A stretch of 64,000 bases of DNA. Origin: a virus (Duplodnaviria; Caudoviricetes). Within the stretch, counting starts at the first letter, position 1, and each line of letters opens with the position of its first letter. The notes under the pieces were generated by a model, which did no database searches, was not told where the DNA came from, and worked only from the letters and a program-made list of their open reading frames with translations. Both the position numbers and the translations under genes were made by a program. This document shows, in pieces, positions 1 through 10,744 of the stretch. The stretch lies in IMG/VR virus record IMGVR_UViG_3300022719_000071, positions 192,001-256,000 of that record. The stretch is one strand, 5' to 3'.

Positions 1-1
1 G

Positions 2-367
2 CAGATTGGTGTGGTCTTCAACCCTGAGATGGACATTGCTTTGTCTAATAGTATTGCTGACTGGACTTTCCTGACGACGTTGAACTTTGATTTGGATGTA
101 CGTTTTGAAGCGGCTGTTCCTTCTGGTGTAGACATTGATCCGCTGAACGTCATCACTTTGCCATTCACTACTACGTTGTGGCTATCGGCTCCAGCCAAGG
201 TTTTGGAGACCAAGCATATCTTCAAGATTCAGGTTCCTATTTTGGATTTGAACAGTGGCGATCCCGAGGTTACAGATGTCATCGAATTTGATGATCTGGA
301 TGAAATCTTTCGGTGTGTCATCAAGGCTGATGAGGATGATGTTCTACGATTTCAGACGTTTGGGTAA
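2..367 (+). CDS. Hypothetical protein, 5'-truncated (frame open to the window edge); probably structural
   Basis: ORF 11..367; the frame is open upstream to position 2; acidic beta-rich sequence; its stop abuts the next RBS (TAAGGA). Confidence 0.6.
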   Translation, partial: QIGVVFNPEMDIALSNSIADWTFLTTLNFDLDVRFEAAVPSGVDIDPLNVITLPFTTTLWLSAPAKVLETKHIFKIQVPILDLNSGDPEVTDVIEFDDLDEIFRCVIKADEDDVLRFQTFG

Positions 368-371
368 GGAC

Positions 372-857
372 ATGATACTACTGGAATTATTCAACCGCAT
401 AGCAGATTGGAAGTGGCTATCGGCTCATGACAATCCATTCCCTGGAATGTTTCAGTATGCTGCCGAATTTCATATTGGAGACATCCGATACGTTGCAGGA
501 CTGGGCCAGGAGATTGATGTTATACCTGGGTTTGATACCCATATGGTGGGTTTCGCTGCGGACATCGATGGACAGTGGAGAGAAGACGAAGTCGGCAGTG
601 GCAACGAGTTCCTAGTATTCTCCACAATCATGGACATCATCGAAAAATACCTGACGAAAAAGAAGCCGCAGATATTGTTAGTGGCTGGAGATCCACATCG
701 AGAAGAGATCTACACTAGGCTATTAAAACGCAGGAAGAATGACTTAGACCGTGTGGGCTATGTGCTGTATGGAAGAATGGAGTATGGATCTCAATTTATA
801 CTTCTATTGGTCAGAAAAGACAAACTTGAGGATGCTCAGCAAATAGACCTGGAGTGA
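372..857 (+). CDS. Hypothetical phage protein with MxLxELF-type N-terminus (candidate head-internal protein)
   Basis: ATG at 372 preceded by TAAGGA; the 255 start in the ORF track overlaps the upstream gene. Confidence 0.7.
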   Translation: MILLELFNRIADWKWLSAHDNPFPGMFQYAAEFHIGDIRYVAGLGQEIDVIPGFDTHMVGFAADIDGQWREDEVGSGNEFLVFSTIMDIIEKYLTKKKPQILLVAGDPHREEIYTRLLKRRKNDLDRVGYVLYGRMEYGSQFILLLVRKDKLEDAQQIDLE

Positions 858-1012
858 AGCACGTTAGAATAAAGTTGTTCCACATCAACGATGAAACATT
901 CGGTTACTCCAGTCATTAGGTTTTTTGGGGTTACCTTTAGTCCCATAAGTATATGTACACCAGGATCAGAGTTCTTATATGATGTTCAAGTACTTGAAAG
1001 TCAGCGTCTTGG

Positions 1013-1018
1013 TAAATA
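1013..1018 (+). promoter_or_regulatory. TAAATA late-promoter motif (T4 gp55-type), representative of about 20 copies
   Basis: Same hexamer lies shortly upstream of structural/late genes at 1013, 3499, 5103, 9659, 10746, 13570, 32601, 37470, 37719, 39413, 40188, 41595, 44228, 52370, 53799, 56156, 59396, 61747 (+) and 10753, 27745, 31451, 61262 (-). Not seen in front of SSB, UvsX, ligase or topoisomerase. Confidence 0.8.
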
Positions 1019-1057
1019 TGAATAGCACGAAATCTCCTATTGAGAGGAATACAGAAA

Positions 1058-3427
1058 ATGACTTCACCATCAGTTACGGTTAGCGTTACAGACGCCAGTA
1101 TCTACGCCGAACCTAACCCGCAAACGATTCCGCTATTCATAATCGCCACGAGGTCGAACAAGATTTCTTCGGACGGAGCAGCTACAGCACCGGGAACGGT
1201 TGAGTCTGGCAAGCTACGTCTGGTTACATCGCAGCGTGAATTGTTGCTAAACTACGGCAACCCGGTGTTTGTTGAGAGCGCTGGTGAACCAGTTCCAGGA
1301 GACGAGACCAACGAATACGCTCTGTTGGCCGCTCACAGCTTCCTGGGTCGTGGTAGCCGTGCATTTATACTACGTGTTAATCTTCCGCTGGAGCAATTGG
1401 TTCCATCTGAGGTTGAGCCAGTTCTTCCGCCACCTGACAACACCTATTGGATTGATTCCGATGAGGTTGTTGGTGGTATCTTTGTTCGCAGCGGTGGTGT
1501 ATTCAATCCAATCACTGACACCAATGATTTCTTGGTGTTCACCACTCCACCAACCGGTGCAGATGGTTCTAACGGAGATTGGGGATTTGACTACTCCAAT
1601 TCTGATGGTAAGATCGTTTACAAGTTTGCTGGTTCTTGGAAGGAGGCTACGGACGCCAACCTAGCAACTGACTTTGGCGCAGGAACGAACCTGCACGTAT
1701 CTCCCACTACTCCTACCGGTGGTAGCGTTGCCGATGGTGACTACTGGTGGAAGACAACTTCTTCTGCTGGTGGTGTAAACCTGAAACTACGTCGCTTTCG
1801 TGCAGCGGATGGCGTGTTTGTTAGCCAGACGATCATTCGTGACACCATGATGCCTGTTCCAAATGAGAACACCATCTGGGAAGACATCTCGAATGTAAAC
1901 ACTACTGGTGCACGCCCACTGTTTGTCGGAACGGGCACCACGTTCATTCCTCTACCAGTATTCATTCAGTCTGAGGCTCCTGTTTCTGAACCAGACACTG
2001 GAACATACTGGTTCGATGACACGTTCACTGACTTCGCTTTGTATTTGGAAGGAACCGATGTTGGCTTTGGTAACCAGTGGGTACCAATCGAGACCACCAC
2101 GGTATCAAACCCAACCAATCGTCAGAAGGTCATTTCTGCATCTGCTCCAGTATTTCCTGCTGAGGGCGCAATCTGGGTTGATCTGTCAACCCCAGAGGCA
2201 CGTGACAACTACCCACAGATCATGCGTCGTACTGGTGGTGCCTGGGTTAACATTCGTGATGCAGTCCTGTTCCAGCCTGATGATCCGGTAGCTTCTGCCG
2301 TATTGAACGGTACGTACTGGTGCAACACTGGCGAGTCTCGCACTCGCAACACTGTCAAGGTCTTTAACCCAGACTTTGATGCTGTAACAGTTGTAGAGCA
2401 GGCAGGTAGCTTTGTGGTTGTTCCTCAAACTGGGAACTTCTGGGAGCCAGCCGCAGGGGATAAGTTCGGTCGTTTGGCACAGCGTGACGTTGTGGTAGAG
2501 GCACTACAAGCTCAGTTCGTTGCAAACCAGGAGATTCGTGCCGAGGTTAATTTCTTCCAGCTTATCGCATGCCCAGGATACCCTGAACTATACGATGAGA
2601 TGATTGCTTTGAACGCTGACAACAACGAAACTGCATTCGTGGTTGCTGATACGCCGAAGTTCATGATTCCGAATGGTATTCCAGAGGGTCGTGAGATTAC
2701 GGCAGCCGAGTGGATTACCAACGCCAACAATGTTGTGGCGACTGGTGAGCGTGGCTTTGCTTCTGGACCATCGGCATTTGCCGGTTTCTGGTACCCATGG
2801 GCATTGGCTACCAACCTTGACGGAGAGGATGTTGTACAGCCACCATCTCATATTGCATTACGTACAATCGCATTCTCCGACTCGGTAGCTGCACCTTGGT
2901 TCCCACCAGCCGGCTTCCGCCGTGGTCGTGTTGACAATGCTTCTTCGGTTGGTCACATTAACAACGATGGTGAATACACTCCGCTGGTTCTAACCAAATC
3001 TCAGCGTGATGTACTATATGATAACCGCATCAACCCAATCGCATTCATGCCAACTCGTGGTCTGGTTGTGTTTGGTCAGAAGACGAACCAGGGATTCGCA
3101 TCCGCACTTGACCGCATCAACGTGGCACGACTCATCGCCAAGATGAAGTACGACCTACAGCGTCTGTTGGAGCCGTTCCTGTTCGAAATCAATGATGCGG
3201 TGACTCGTCGTTCGGCTCAGATTGTAACCGAGCGTTACCTTGCTGGTCTGAAGTCCCTACGTGCTTTGTTTGACTTCGCCGTGCGAGTCGATGAAAGCAA
3301 TAATCCACCGGAAGTTATCGACCGCAATGAGTTATTTGTTGACGTAGCTATCAAGCCAGCACGTGCAATCGAATTCATCTTTGTACCTATTACGGTACTT
3401 GGAACTGGCGACGACTTTCCGTTCTAA
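1058..3427 (+). CDS. gp18: Contractile tail sheath protein (gp18-like) with large inserted domains
   Basis: N-terminal SPSVTVSVTD; C-terminal SALDRINVARL and IDRNELFVDVAIKPARAIEFIFVPI sheath motifs; RBS GAGG and late promoter. Confidence 0.93.
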   Translation: MTSPSVTVSVTDASIYAEPNPQTIPLFIIATRSNKISSDGAATAPGTVESGKLRLVTSQRELLLNYGNPVFVESAGEPVPGDETNEYALLAAHSFLGRGSRAFILRVNLPLEQLVPSEVEPVLPPPDNTYWIDSDEVVGGIFVRSGGVFNPITDTNDFLVFTTPPTGADGSNGDWGFDYSNSDGKIVYKFAGSWKEATDANLATDFGAGTNLHVSPTTPTGGSVADGDYWWKTTSSAGGVNLKLRRFRAADGVFVSQTIIRDTMMPVPNENTIWEDISNVNTTGARPLFVGTGTTFIPLPVFIQSEAPVSEPDTGTYWFDDTFTDFALYLEGTDVGFGNQWVPIETTTVSNPTNRQKVISASAPVFPAEGAIWVDLSTPEARDNYPQIMRRTGGAWVNIRDAVLFQPDDPVASAVLNGTYWCNTGESRTRNTVKVFNPDFDAVTVVEQAGSFVVVPQTGNFWEPAAGDKFGRLAQRDVVVEALQAQFVANQEIRAEVNFFQLIACPGYPELYDEMIALNADNNETAFVVADTPKFMIPNGIPEGREITAAEWITNANNVVATGERGFASGPSAFAGFWYPWALATNLDGEDVVQPPSHIALRTIAFSDSVAAPWFPPAGFRRGRVDNASSVGHINNDGEYTPLVLTKSQRDVLYDNRINPIAFMPTRGLVVFGQKTNQGFASALDRINVARLIAKMKYDLQRLLEPFLFEINDAVTRRSAQIVTERYLAGLKSLRALFDFAVRVDESNNPPEVIDRNELFVDVAIKPARAIEFIFVPITVLGTGDDFPF

Positions 3428-3437
3428 CTATAACTTA

Positions 3438-3472
3438 TAAGTGATGAGATATCCTTGATATCTCATCACTTA
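3438..3472. terminator. 16-bp perfect inverted repeat (hairpin) after the sheath gene
   Basis: TAAGTGATGAGATATC-CTT-GATATCTCATCACTTA; no clear U-tract. Confidence 0.6.
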
Positions 3473-3518
3473 GTGCCTAATTTCTGTAGATATTGCTATA
3501 AATACAGGAAACTCTATT

Positions 3519-5105
3519 ATGGATAGGGAAGATTTCATTAGGCAACATCAGACGTGGCACAGCGGTGAATGTGGCAAGTATGATTATGCTACTACGGTAT
3601 ACCATGATTCGAAGACCAAATTGTCGATACGTTGCAAGATCCATGATATTGAGTATTGGAAGAAGCCTCATGATCATTTTCGCCAGGATTGTCCAGAGTG
3701 TTCCAGGAAACGGAAGGGTGAGAGAATAAGTGCAGCCAAAACCGGTAAACCTGGACACAATAGGGGTATTCCGTGTAGTGAGGAACAGAAAGAAAAACTT
3801 CGTAGTAAGGCTAAATTGCGTTATGCCGATTCTACAAATCATCCAATGTGGGGACGCCACCACACCGAAAAGACTAAAAAGCTAATAGCTGATGCATCTT
3901 CGAAAGCCAGAGGCACCGAAATGGCCACGGAAAGGACTAAGCAAGGGTTGGAAACCCGGCGACAGCGTGGTGATGATCTTGCTTTTTTCAGAGGTAAACA
4001 GCACAGCAACAGATCTAAGGAGTTGATTAGCAGAAGAAGTAAAACGTCATGGACTCTGAAAAGAATCGAACATCAAAAAGAGTATAAGAAATATGCGACA
4101 CTGGCTAATTTAGATGTTTTACGTTTCATTGATGATTGGCGACTTGAAGTATGTTGTAAGACTTGTGGTTACCATTTCGTACGCACTAGGCAATGTTTTA
4201 CAGAATCAAAATTCCGTGCCGATATGTGTCCACAATGTCATCCCAGGATTATCAAACATAGTAAAGCAGAAATAGAAATCATAGATCATATACGTTCTAT
4301 TGGCGTTACTGCATATCTTGGAGATCGACGGGTTATTTTCCCACTCGAACTAGATATAGTAGTGCCTGATTATAAATTGGCTATTGAATATTGCGGATTG
4401 TATTGGCACGGAGAAGGACAGGGTAAGGGGCGTGACTATCACCTTACTAAGATGCGATTGTGCGAAGAGAAAGGATATCGCTTAATTACAATCTTTGAAG
4501 ATGAATGGTATGAACGAAAATATGTGGTAATGAATAGAATTGCTGTTCTATTAAATAAATGCCAGAATCGTTCATACGCTCGAAAGTTGAATATTCAAGA
4601 AATTTCAACTACTGATGCCAAATCGTTTTGTGAAACTCACCACTTGCAGGGATACACCAAATCATCGATAAAGTTGGGACTTTTTGATGAACACGTTTTG
4701 AAAAGTGTTATGACGTTTTCTCATCCATCTATAGCCAAAGGAGGACGTAATCAAACGTATTGGGAAATGGCTAGATATTGCACTGATGGTTCGTTGGTAG
4801 TTGGTGGTGCAAGCCGTTTATTGCATAAATTCATTACTGACCAAAACCCTCAAACTATAGTATCGTTTGCAGATAGGAGATGGTCCAATGGTCACTTATA
4901 CGAAACACTAGGTTTCGAATTGGTTGGTGCAACACCACCCAATTACTGGTATGTAAGTGGTGCGACAAGAATTCATCGATTTACATTTCGAAAGGGAATC
5001 GTACCGGGTGATGATCATAGACTAACCGAATGGGAGAATAGGCAGGCTCAGGGACTCGACCGTATATGGGATTGTGGTAATCTGAAGTTCGTCAGAAACT
5101 TATAA
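3519..5105 (+). mobile_element. Hef-like free-standing homing endonuclease (Zn-finger/NUMOD3-like repeats + Vsr/PD-(D/E)XK-like nuclease + GNAT-like C-terminal domain)
   Basis: CxxC motifs, NPMWGRHHTEKTK (NUMOD3-like), ELDIVVPDYKLAIEYCGLYWH, ITIFEDEW, HHLQG, FADRRWSNG..Y, IWDCGN; AT-rich relative to flanks. Confidence 0.8.
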
Positions 5106-5113
5106 ATACCAAT

Positions 5114-7063
5114 ATGTATGAAGCTGAAGTCAACGACATACTCCGATTAGCTGGACTACCTTTGCTTGAGGCAGAGGAAGTACGCTTGGACGAAGCACCG
5201 CCATCTCCTAAGCGTCTCATGCCTATGTTCCAGGGCATTCTCGAAATAGCTCCGCAACTCAAGAATCAAGTAGCCAAGGAAATTGAATGGGCCAGGGAAG
5301 CATTAGAACGTGAAGATCGTGTTATTTGGTATCTACGCTATCTTCAGATTTCATTGCTAGAGCAGCTATCTAAGTCGGACTCGACGTTTGGTCAGATGGT
5401 AGAGAAGAAGATTAAACAGGTTGCTGCTAAGTCTGGAACTACCGTTGGAAACATCAAGAGTTCACTGTCCATGTTTATGGATGGAAATGTTAAGCGATTT
5501 CTTGTTCACTTCTTGAGCATGCCCATTTCTGGTATTCAGCAGTATACATTCGCTTGGCAGACCCCATCCGAAGTCTACGACACTTTCAATCAGCTTGAAT
5601 CCGATTGGCGTGAAGACCAAGAACGAACAGTTCCGCATGATGATGCTGCTGATTTAATCATTGATTTTGGTGATGGCTATGCTTGGTATGACTTGAATAA
5701 ATCGTATTGCCCGGCAGAAGCTAAAGCCATGGGACACTGCGGAAACTCCCCACGAAAGCATTCCACTGATACAATTCTAAGTCTACGTAGAAAGCAACAA
5801 GTTGGAGATGATGTAACCCTAACTCCGGTGTTGACGTTCATCTTGGACGATAACGGAATGCTTGGTGAAATGAAGGGTCGAGGAAACGATAAGCCAGCAA
5901 AACGATATCACAAGTACATTATCCCCTTGCTTCAACACGAAGCAGTAGTGGGAATCAAGGGTGGCGGCTACATGTCCGAGAACAACTTCAATATTTCAGA
6001 CCTTGATGATGAAGTTAAGGATGAATTGATCGCTGAGAAACCAGGACTAGAGGGGCCAACCGCTGTAGTAGAAAAACTGATGAACATGGGTGACTATGAC
6101 CGTGGTATTGCCGCCATCGAAGATTTAGTGCGAGAACATGGCTTGTTATATCAAACATTCGACGTAGAGCGTGATAATAGCAACTGGAAATGGTGGAATG
6201 TTTGGGTGGACGAATGGGAAGATTTCCACGACGTTGCCAGAGAATTTGACGACAAACCGGTTGAGAGTCTGTATAGTGCTCTGGACGATATTAATGATAT
6301 GACTTTTGGCGAAGAAAGTTTCGAGAAACAAATGACCCCGGAGATAGTATTAGAGATCTTGGAGAAGTTACCGCCGGAACAGCAGGAAGCCGTCATTCGT
6401 GGAACCGACCAGGACTACAGCGGAAGCATTGATCGATATGATGCATTGCAGAATGCCGCTTCAATTATCATGCGTGAAGGCAACTCGAATCGCTTTTACC
6501 ATTACCTGTTTAACTCAATTCATGACGCCATCGAGGACACTACGGATCTTACTGAAAAGACTGTTAAGGAGCTTCGTAAAAAAGTGATAGAGAGAATTGA
6601 AGAATATGCTAATGTTGGATATCCAATGCGCCCACATAGTTTTTATACTGGTCCAAAAGAAGATAACAACTGGCAAGGTGAGTGGGGCACCGTCATTAAA
6701 CTTGACGGAATCTTAGATATAATTGCTGCTGGTATTGAAGGTGATCACGATAATTCCGATGAGTACTACTTTGAGTATCTTGAATGGAACGCTGATGGTT
6801 TTAGAATGGACTATGATTATCTGTCTGAAAATAGAAGTCACTCGGATCTTACTGAATTGGACCAGAAAGACCCTCTTGCTGAACAGATTGAAGAGGGCAT
6901 CCATGATATCGAACTAGAAAACATGATAGATACTGTTGCATACCACTTCGCACAGTGGATTACGATGCGAGAATCTAAGAAAAATGACGTTACAAAAGTT
7001 CTTGAAGAAAGTTTTGACATTGACTTTGAGGAGATTCTTCGAAGAGCCGGTATTGGGGCTTGA
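5114..7063 (+). CDS. Large acidic protein with PcfJ-like central domain; candidate head-internal protein
   Basis: EAKAMGHCGN...LGEMKGRGNDKP motif; ILRLAG at the N-terminus and ILRRAG at the C-terminus; TATAAATA at 5101. Confidence 0.65.
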   Translation: MYEAEVNDILRLAGLPLLEAEEVRLDEAPPSPKRLMPMFQGILEIAPQLKNQVAKEIEWAREALEREDRVIWYLRYLQISLLEQLSKSDSTFGQMVEKKIKQVAAKSGTTVGNIKSSLSMFMDGNVKRFLVHFLSMPISGIQQYTFAWQTPSEVYDTFNQLESDWREDQERTVPHDDAADLIIDFGDGYAWYDLNKSYCPAEAKAMGHCGNSPRKHSTDTILSLRRKQQVGDDVTLTPVLTFILDDNGMLGEMKGRGNDKPAKRYHKYIIPLLQHEAVVGIKGGGYMSENNFNISDLDDEVKDELIAEKPGLEGPTAVVEKLMNMGDYDRGIAAIEDLVREHGLLYQTFDVERDNSNWKWWNVWVDEWEDFHDVAREFDDKPVESLYSALDDINDMTFGEESFEKQMTPEIVLEILEKLPPEQQEAVIRGTDQDYSGSIDRYDALQNAASIIMREGNSNRFYHYLFNSIHDAIEDTTDLTEKTVKELRKKVIERIEEYANVGYPMRPHSFYTGPKEDNNWQGEWGTVIKLDGILDIIAAGIEGDHDNSDEYYFEYLEWNADGFRMDYDYLSENRSHSDLTELDQKDPLAEQIEEGIHDIELENMIDTVAYHFAQWITMRESKKNDVTKVLEESFDIDFEEILRRAGIGA

Positions 7064-7106
7064 AAATGCTACCGAGGGCAGTATATACTCTATGGAGGAA
7101 ACGATC

Positions 7107-7634
7107 ATGGCTAAGCCCGGAATGCATCAGATAGCAAAAGGCGATCCAAAGAATCGCAACGAACTTCCAATCAGCCTCAAGGAGCTAGTCGATACGATGG
7201 CTGGTATCAAGCCAGTCCATTCGATTCCGCATAATAGGGGCATTGGGAAGAAGTGCTTCATCCAGGCTGAATCCAAATCCAAGCATTTCGTCATCGAATT
7301 CTTTAGTGAGTTAGTGGTCAGCGACAAGCCTTCTGACCCGTCGATGGGTTATGCTGCGAATGACGTGAGTCAGTATCGTGGTGTGATGATGACCAGCTAC
7401 GAGCCACAGGCAGACCACGACGGCTATCATCACAATTACGGTGAGATCATTCCATATGATGAGTTCGTAGAACGCTACGTTCATTCTAGCGAGTTACGAG
7501 TTCGACTTGACCGAATCATGGAGATGATGGAGGACAGTGTTCAGGTGAACGATAACTTTCTAGAGTCAGCTAATAACTTCTGGGAGAATCGTGATCCAGG
7601 AACAAAATCCATATCATTCAATGTGTTGCACTGA
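7107..7634 (+). CDS. Hypothetical protein
   Basis: ATG at 7107 with GGAGG RBS; coupled to the next gene (TGATG). Confidence 0.7.
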   Translation: MAKPGMHQIAKGDPKNRNELPISLKELVDTMAGIKPVHSIPHNRGIGKKCFIQAESKSKHFVIEFFSELVVSDKPSDPSMGYAANDVSQYRGVMMTSYEPQADHDGYHHNYGEIIPYDEFVERYVHSSELRVRLDRIMEMMEDSVQVNDNFLESANNFWENRDPGTKSISFNVLH

Positions 7635-8206
7635 TGCTAGTATTACTTCGTCACGGTGAATCGGTCGCCAATACAGAGAACCGTAAATCGGGACAATTGA
7701 ATACGCCCCTTTCTAAGCTTGGGAAGGAGCAGAGTCTTGATGTCCGTGAAACGTACCGTGGATATAAGTGGGACGCTATATTTTCATCTGACCTTGAGCG
7801 CTGCCAGGATACGCTCAGAATCGTTCTAGGGGATGAGTATCCACCAGAGTCCTGGGTGCTCGTGGAAGAGCTTAGGGAGCGTTCTGGAGGCGTTTTGGAG
7901 GGCATGAAGTACTCTGAAATGCGTAAGATACTCCCACCCAAGAAATACAAGCTATGGCAACGGGATTACTTTGAAGCACCGCCCATGGGTGAATCCATGA
8001 AAGACGTTGAGGAGCGTGCGGTTCCGTATGCAAAGGAGTACATATTTCCATTGGTGAACGAAGGAAAGAATGTGATGGTTTGCACCCACTATGTGGTGAT
8101 GCAGGTTTTAATTGGTTACATCAAGGGGACAAGCGAGGAAAACATTCCTTCGTTGAAGATTGAACATGCAATGCCATATGTTACCTATGGCAAAGTTCGT
8201 ACTTAA
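7634..8206 (+). CDS. Histidine phosphatase / phosphoglycerate mutase family protein
   Basis: LLRHGES (RHG motif), SSDLERC, ELRERSGG, VCTH. Confidence 0.88.
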   Translation: MLVLLRHGESVANTENRKSGQLNTPLSKLGKEQSLDVRETYRGYKWDAIFSSDLERCQDTLRIVLGDEYPPESWVLVEELRERSGGVLEGMKYSEMRKILPPKKYKLWQRDYFEAPPMGESMKDVEERAVPYAKEYIFPLVNEGKNVMVCTHYVVMQVLIGYIKGTSEENIPSLKIEHAMPYVTYGKVRT

Positions 8207-9651
8207 TACTGCTTTTCAAATACCAGATTTCCGCAATCCCAAATCCTGTCATATCCTTGCAGTTTTCTGTTTTCCCATTCTGTCAGTTTGGGATCATCAG
8301 TCGGGATATTACCCTTTCGTAACGCAAATCTATGGATACGAAACTGTTTATCGATATACCAATAATTAGGTGCTGAAGTTCTGACTAGTGACATGCCCAT
8401 CTTGTGATACAGATTACCGGTAGACCAACGCAAATCGCAATATGAAATAACCTTGTTGGGTCGTAAGTTAGTTGCGAAATGATTAAGTAGTTTGGATGCG
8501 CCACCAACAACTATAATGGAAGACGCAAAACGGTTGATTTCATATATACCTTCACTATTTCCTCTGGAACCTTTGGAAATGTTAGGCTTAGAGAAAGTCA
8601 TGACCGATACCAATTCACCGCCGTGATATAACCCATACCGGTATTTGCATCCTGAATATCCTTGTAGATGATGGATATCAAGAAATTGCTTGGCAACTTC
8701 CTTGGTAATTTCTCTGATTTGACATTTCCTAGCATAAATCTTGTTATTGGTATTAGTCAGAATATGATTAAGTCTCCGTTTCACGATCTCGGTTTTGTTG
8801 ATCCATTCATCTTCGAAAATAGTGATCAAGCGAACTCCTGCTTCTCCACAAAGCTTCAGCTTGTTTATATGGTAATTTCTGGTCTTTTTACCAAAGGTTT
8901 CAGAATGCCATCTCAATCCACAATATTCTATGGCTGTGAATAATTCTGGAACATAGATATCCAGTTCATAAGGAGGAATTATTTCACGATGATTTTCAAA
9001 ACAGGTTAGTCCTAATGATCTTATCTGATTAGCTATGTCTATTTGTGGTTGTGATATTTTATTGGCACAAGCAGGGCATCCCGAACCTCTAAGATGATTT
9101 GTTGCCAACTGATGGAATACCCCATGCTTGTTACATTGTATGGTTGTTTTTGAAGAACCATTGAAGTCATCATGGGGGATATATTGATATGTATTACCAT
9201 GGACATCGTTAGCTTTGGATACGAAATCCGAATGAGAATTTGTCTGTATAAACTTCAATCTCACATGATGACATTTGGGACAGCCGTTTCCATTCAAATG
9301 ATGATACGGAAATTGCCTAAAATTTCCATGAATTTTACACCTAATAATAACCTTTTTATTACTATTCTCATACTTTACTTTGGAGTAATCATAGCCATCA
9401 TGCAATTTTCTAGCCCGGTTGACAAATTCCTCCGTAGTTAATTTTCTATTCCCGGTACACGATGAACATTGTTTTCCGTCTAAATGATGCCGTGCCCGTT
9501 GCTCAAAATCTCCGTGCAATGGACAGGTTATGGTAATAAGAGCATGCGCCCCACGATAAATAGATTTGTCATAAGAATATTTGTCACCATGCATGGCAAT
9601 AGCTTCTTCGATGAATTGTTCAGTAGTTTTCTTCTTCATGCTAATGTTCAA
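8203..9651 (-). mobile_element. Hef-like homing endonuclease, second copy (DUF723-like Zn repeats + nuclease + GNAT-like domain)
   Basis: Repeated H.D.Y.Y.K..Y......I.C..HG.F.Q....H..G..C..C units; ELDIYVPELFTAIEYCGLRWH; ITIFEDEW; IWDCGN; AT-rich. Confidence 0.8.
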
Positions 9652-9690
9652 TTCGTGATAAATAAGACAATAACATTCGAGGGAAGGTAT

Positions 9691-10449
9691 ATGAGCGTAA
9701 ATTCGTTAGCAAATTTTGGAGTCCCGGGCCTGAATGGAGACCGTTCCGCAGTACTTCAACCAATTCTATCCAATCGATTTCGAGTGCTGTTTTTCGATTT
9801 CGGAACTCCAGGTGAAGTTGCACCATATGATTTGACTCGTCAGATTCGACGTATTGGTCGTCCTAACTTAGCCTTTGAAACACAAACTCTATACTCCTAT
9901 GTATCCACGGTATATATTTCTACTCGTGGTGAATGGCAAGAATTGACAATCACTTTCATTGATGACATCACGAATTCCGTTGGCCGACGTGTTCAGGAAC
10001 AGGTCGCCAAGCAACAGAATTTCTTCGATCAGACGATGAGCCGTGCTGGTGAGAACTACAAGTTCGAGATGGACCTGGACGTTCTTGCTGGTGGTCAATC
10101 CGCTGGTGGTTCCGCATCCGACCCGAACATCATTCAGAAGTGGTGCTTCGCCGGTTGCCAGATTATAAACATGGATCTCGGTGAGCTTACCTATGAGGAC
10201 GCCACCGCAATGGAAATTAGCCTGACCCTACGTTACGACAACGTGATTGGGTTCGACCAGGATGGATTCCGTATGGGTGTGTTCAGCCATCAGGAGGAGA
10301 TCAATTCTCAGTCTGGTGTGGCTTCTACTGGTGTTGGTGCACAGGGTTCAATTTCAACCACTGGAGCATCCAGCACCGTTCTAACCGCAAGTGGATTCAT
10401 TTCGAACAGTAACTTCTCGGCTGGTGGATCGGTATCGGTCGGACTGTAA
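9691..10449 (+). CDS. gp19: Tail tube protein (gp19-like)
   Basis: NRFRVLF, GEWQELTITFIDD, KW...GC, ISLTLRYDN pattern of T4-type tube proteins; ATG at 9691 with GGGAAGG RBS and TAAATA at 9659. Confidence 0.82.
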   Translation: MSVNSLANFGVPGLNGDRSAVLQPILSNRFRVLFFDFGTPGEVAPYDLTRQIRRIGRPNLAFETQTLYSYVSTVYISTRGEWQELTITFIDDITNSVGRRVQEQVAKQQNFFDQTMSRAGENYKFEMDLDVLAGGQSAGGSASDPNIIQKWCFAGCQIINMDLGELTYEDATAMEISLTLRYDNVIGFDQDGFRMGVFSHQEEINSQSGVASTGVGAQGSISTTGASSTVLTASGFISNSNFSAGGSVSVGL

Positions 10450-10470
10450 CGGTTCGTACAGACCAAAACG

Positions 10471-10492
10471 AAAAGGGGCTTATGCCCCTTTT
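10471..10492. terminator. Bidirectional intrinsic terminator between convergent tube and bS21 genes
   Basis: AAAAGGGGC-TTAT-GCCCCTTTT. Confidence 0.85.
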
Positions 10493-10493
10493 C

Positions 10494-10715
10494 TTATCTG
10501 CCTCTCAAATACCCTTGTCGCCTCTGTTCACGTTCTCTCAAGAGAACTTTACGCTGCCGGTTCTTTGCCTCGTTCTTCTTATTCTTTCGAGTCTCAGACG
10601 GTTTCTCATAGAATCGTCTCTTGGTGATTTCATTAATCAAGCCATCATCGAATAGCTTCTTTTTCAGAATCTTCAGAGCCTTTTCTACGTTGTCGTTTTT
10701 TACATCTACTCTCAT
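10494..10715 (-). CDS. rpsU: Ribosomal protein bS21 (phage-encoded)
   Basis: V.V.NDNVEKALKILKKK..DDGLINEITKRRFYEKPSETR matches the bS21 signature (RR.YEKPS); GAGG RBS. Confidence 0.92.
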   Translation of the reverse strand: MRVDVKNDNVEKALKILKKKLFDDGLINEITKRRFYEKPSETRKNKKNEAKNRQRKVLLREREQRRQGYLRGR

Positions 10716-10744
10716 ATTGTCCTCAATCCTCAGTGGGGGTGAAA

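Noticed and set aside
820-932. 36-aa minus-strand ORF upstream of the sheath promoter
   Set aside because: Short, no RBS, no recognisable motif.
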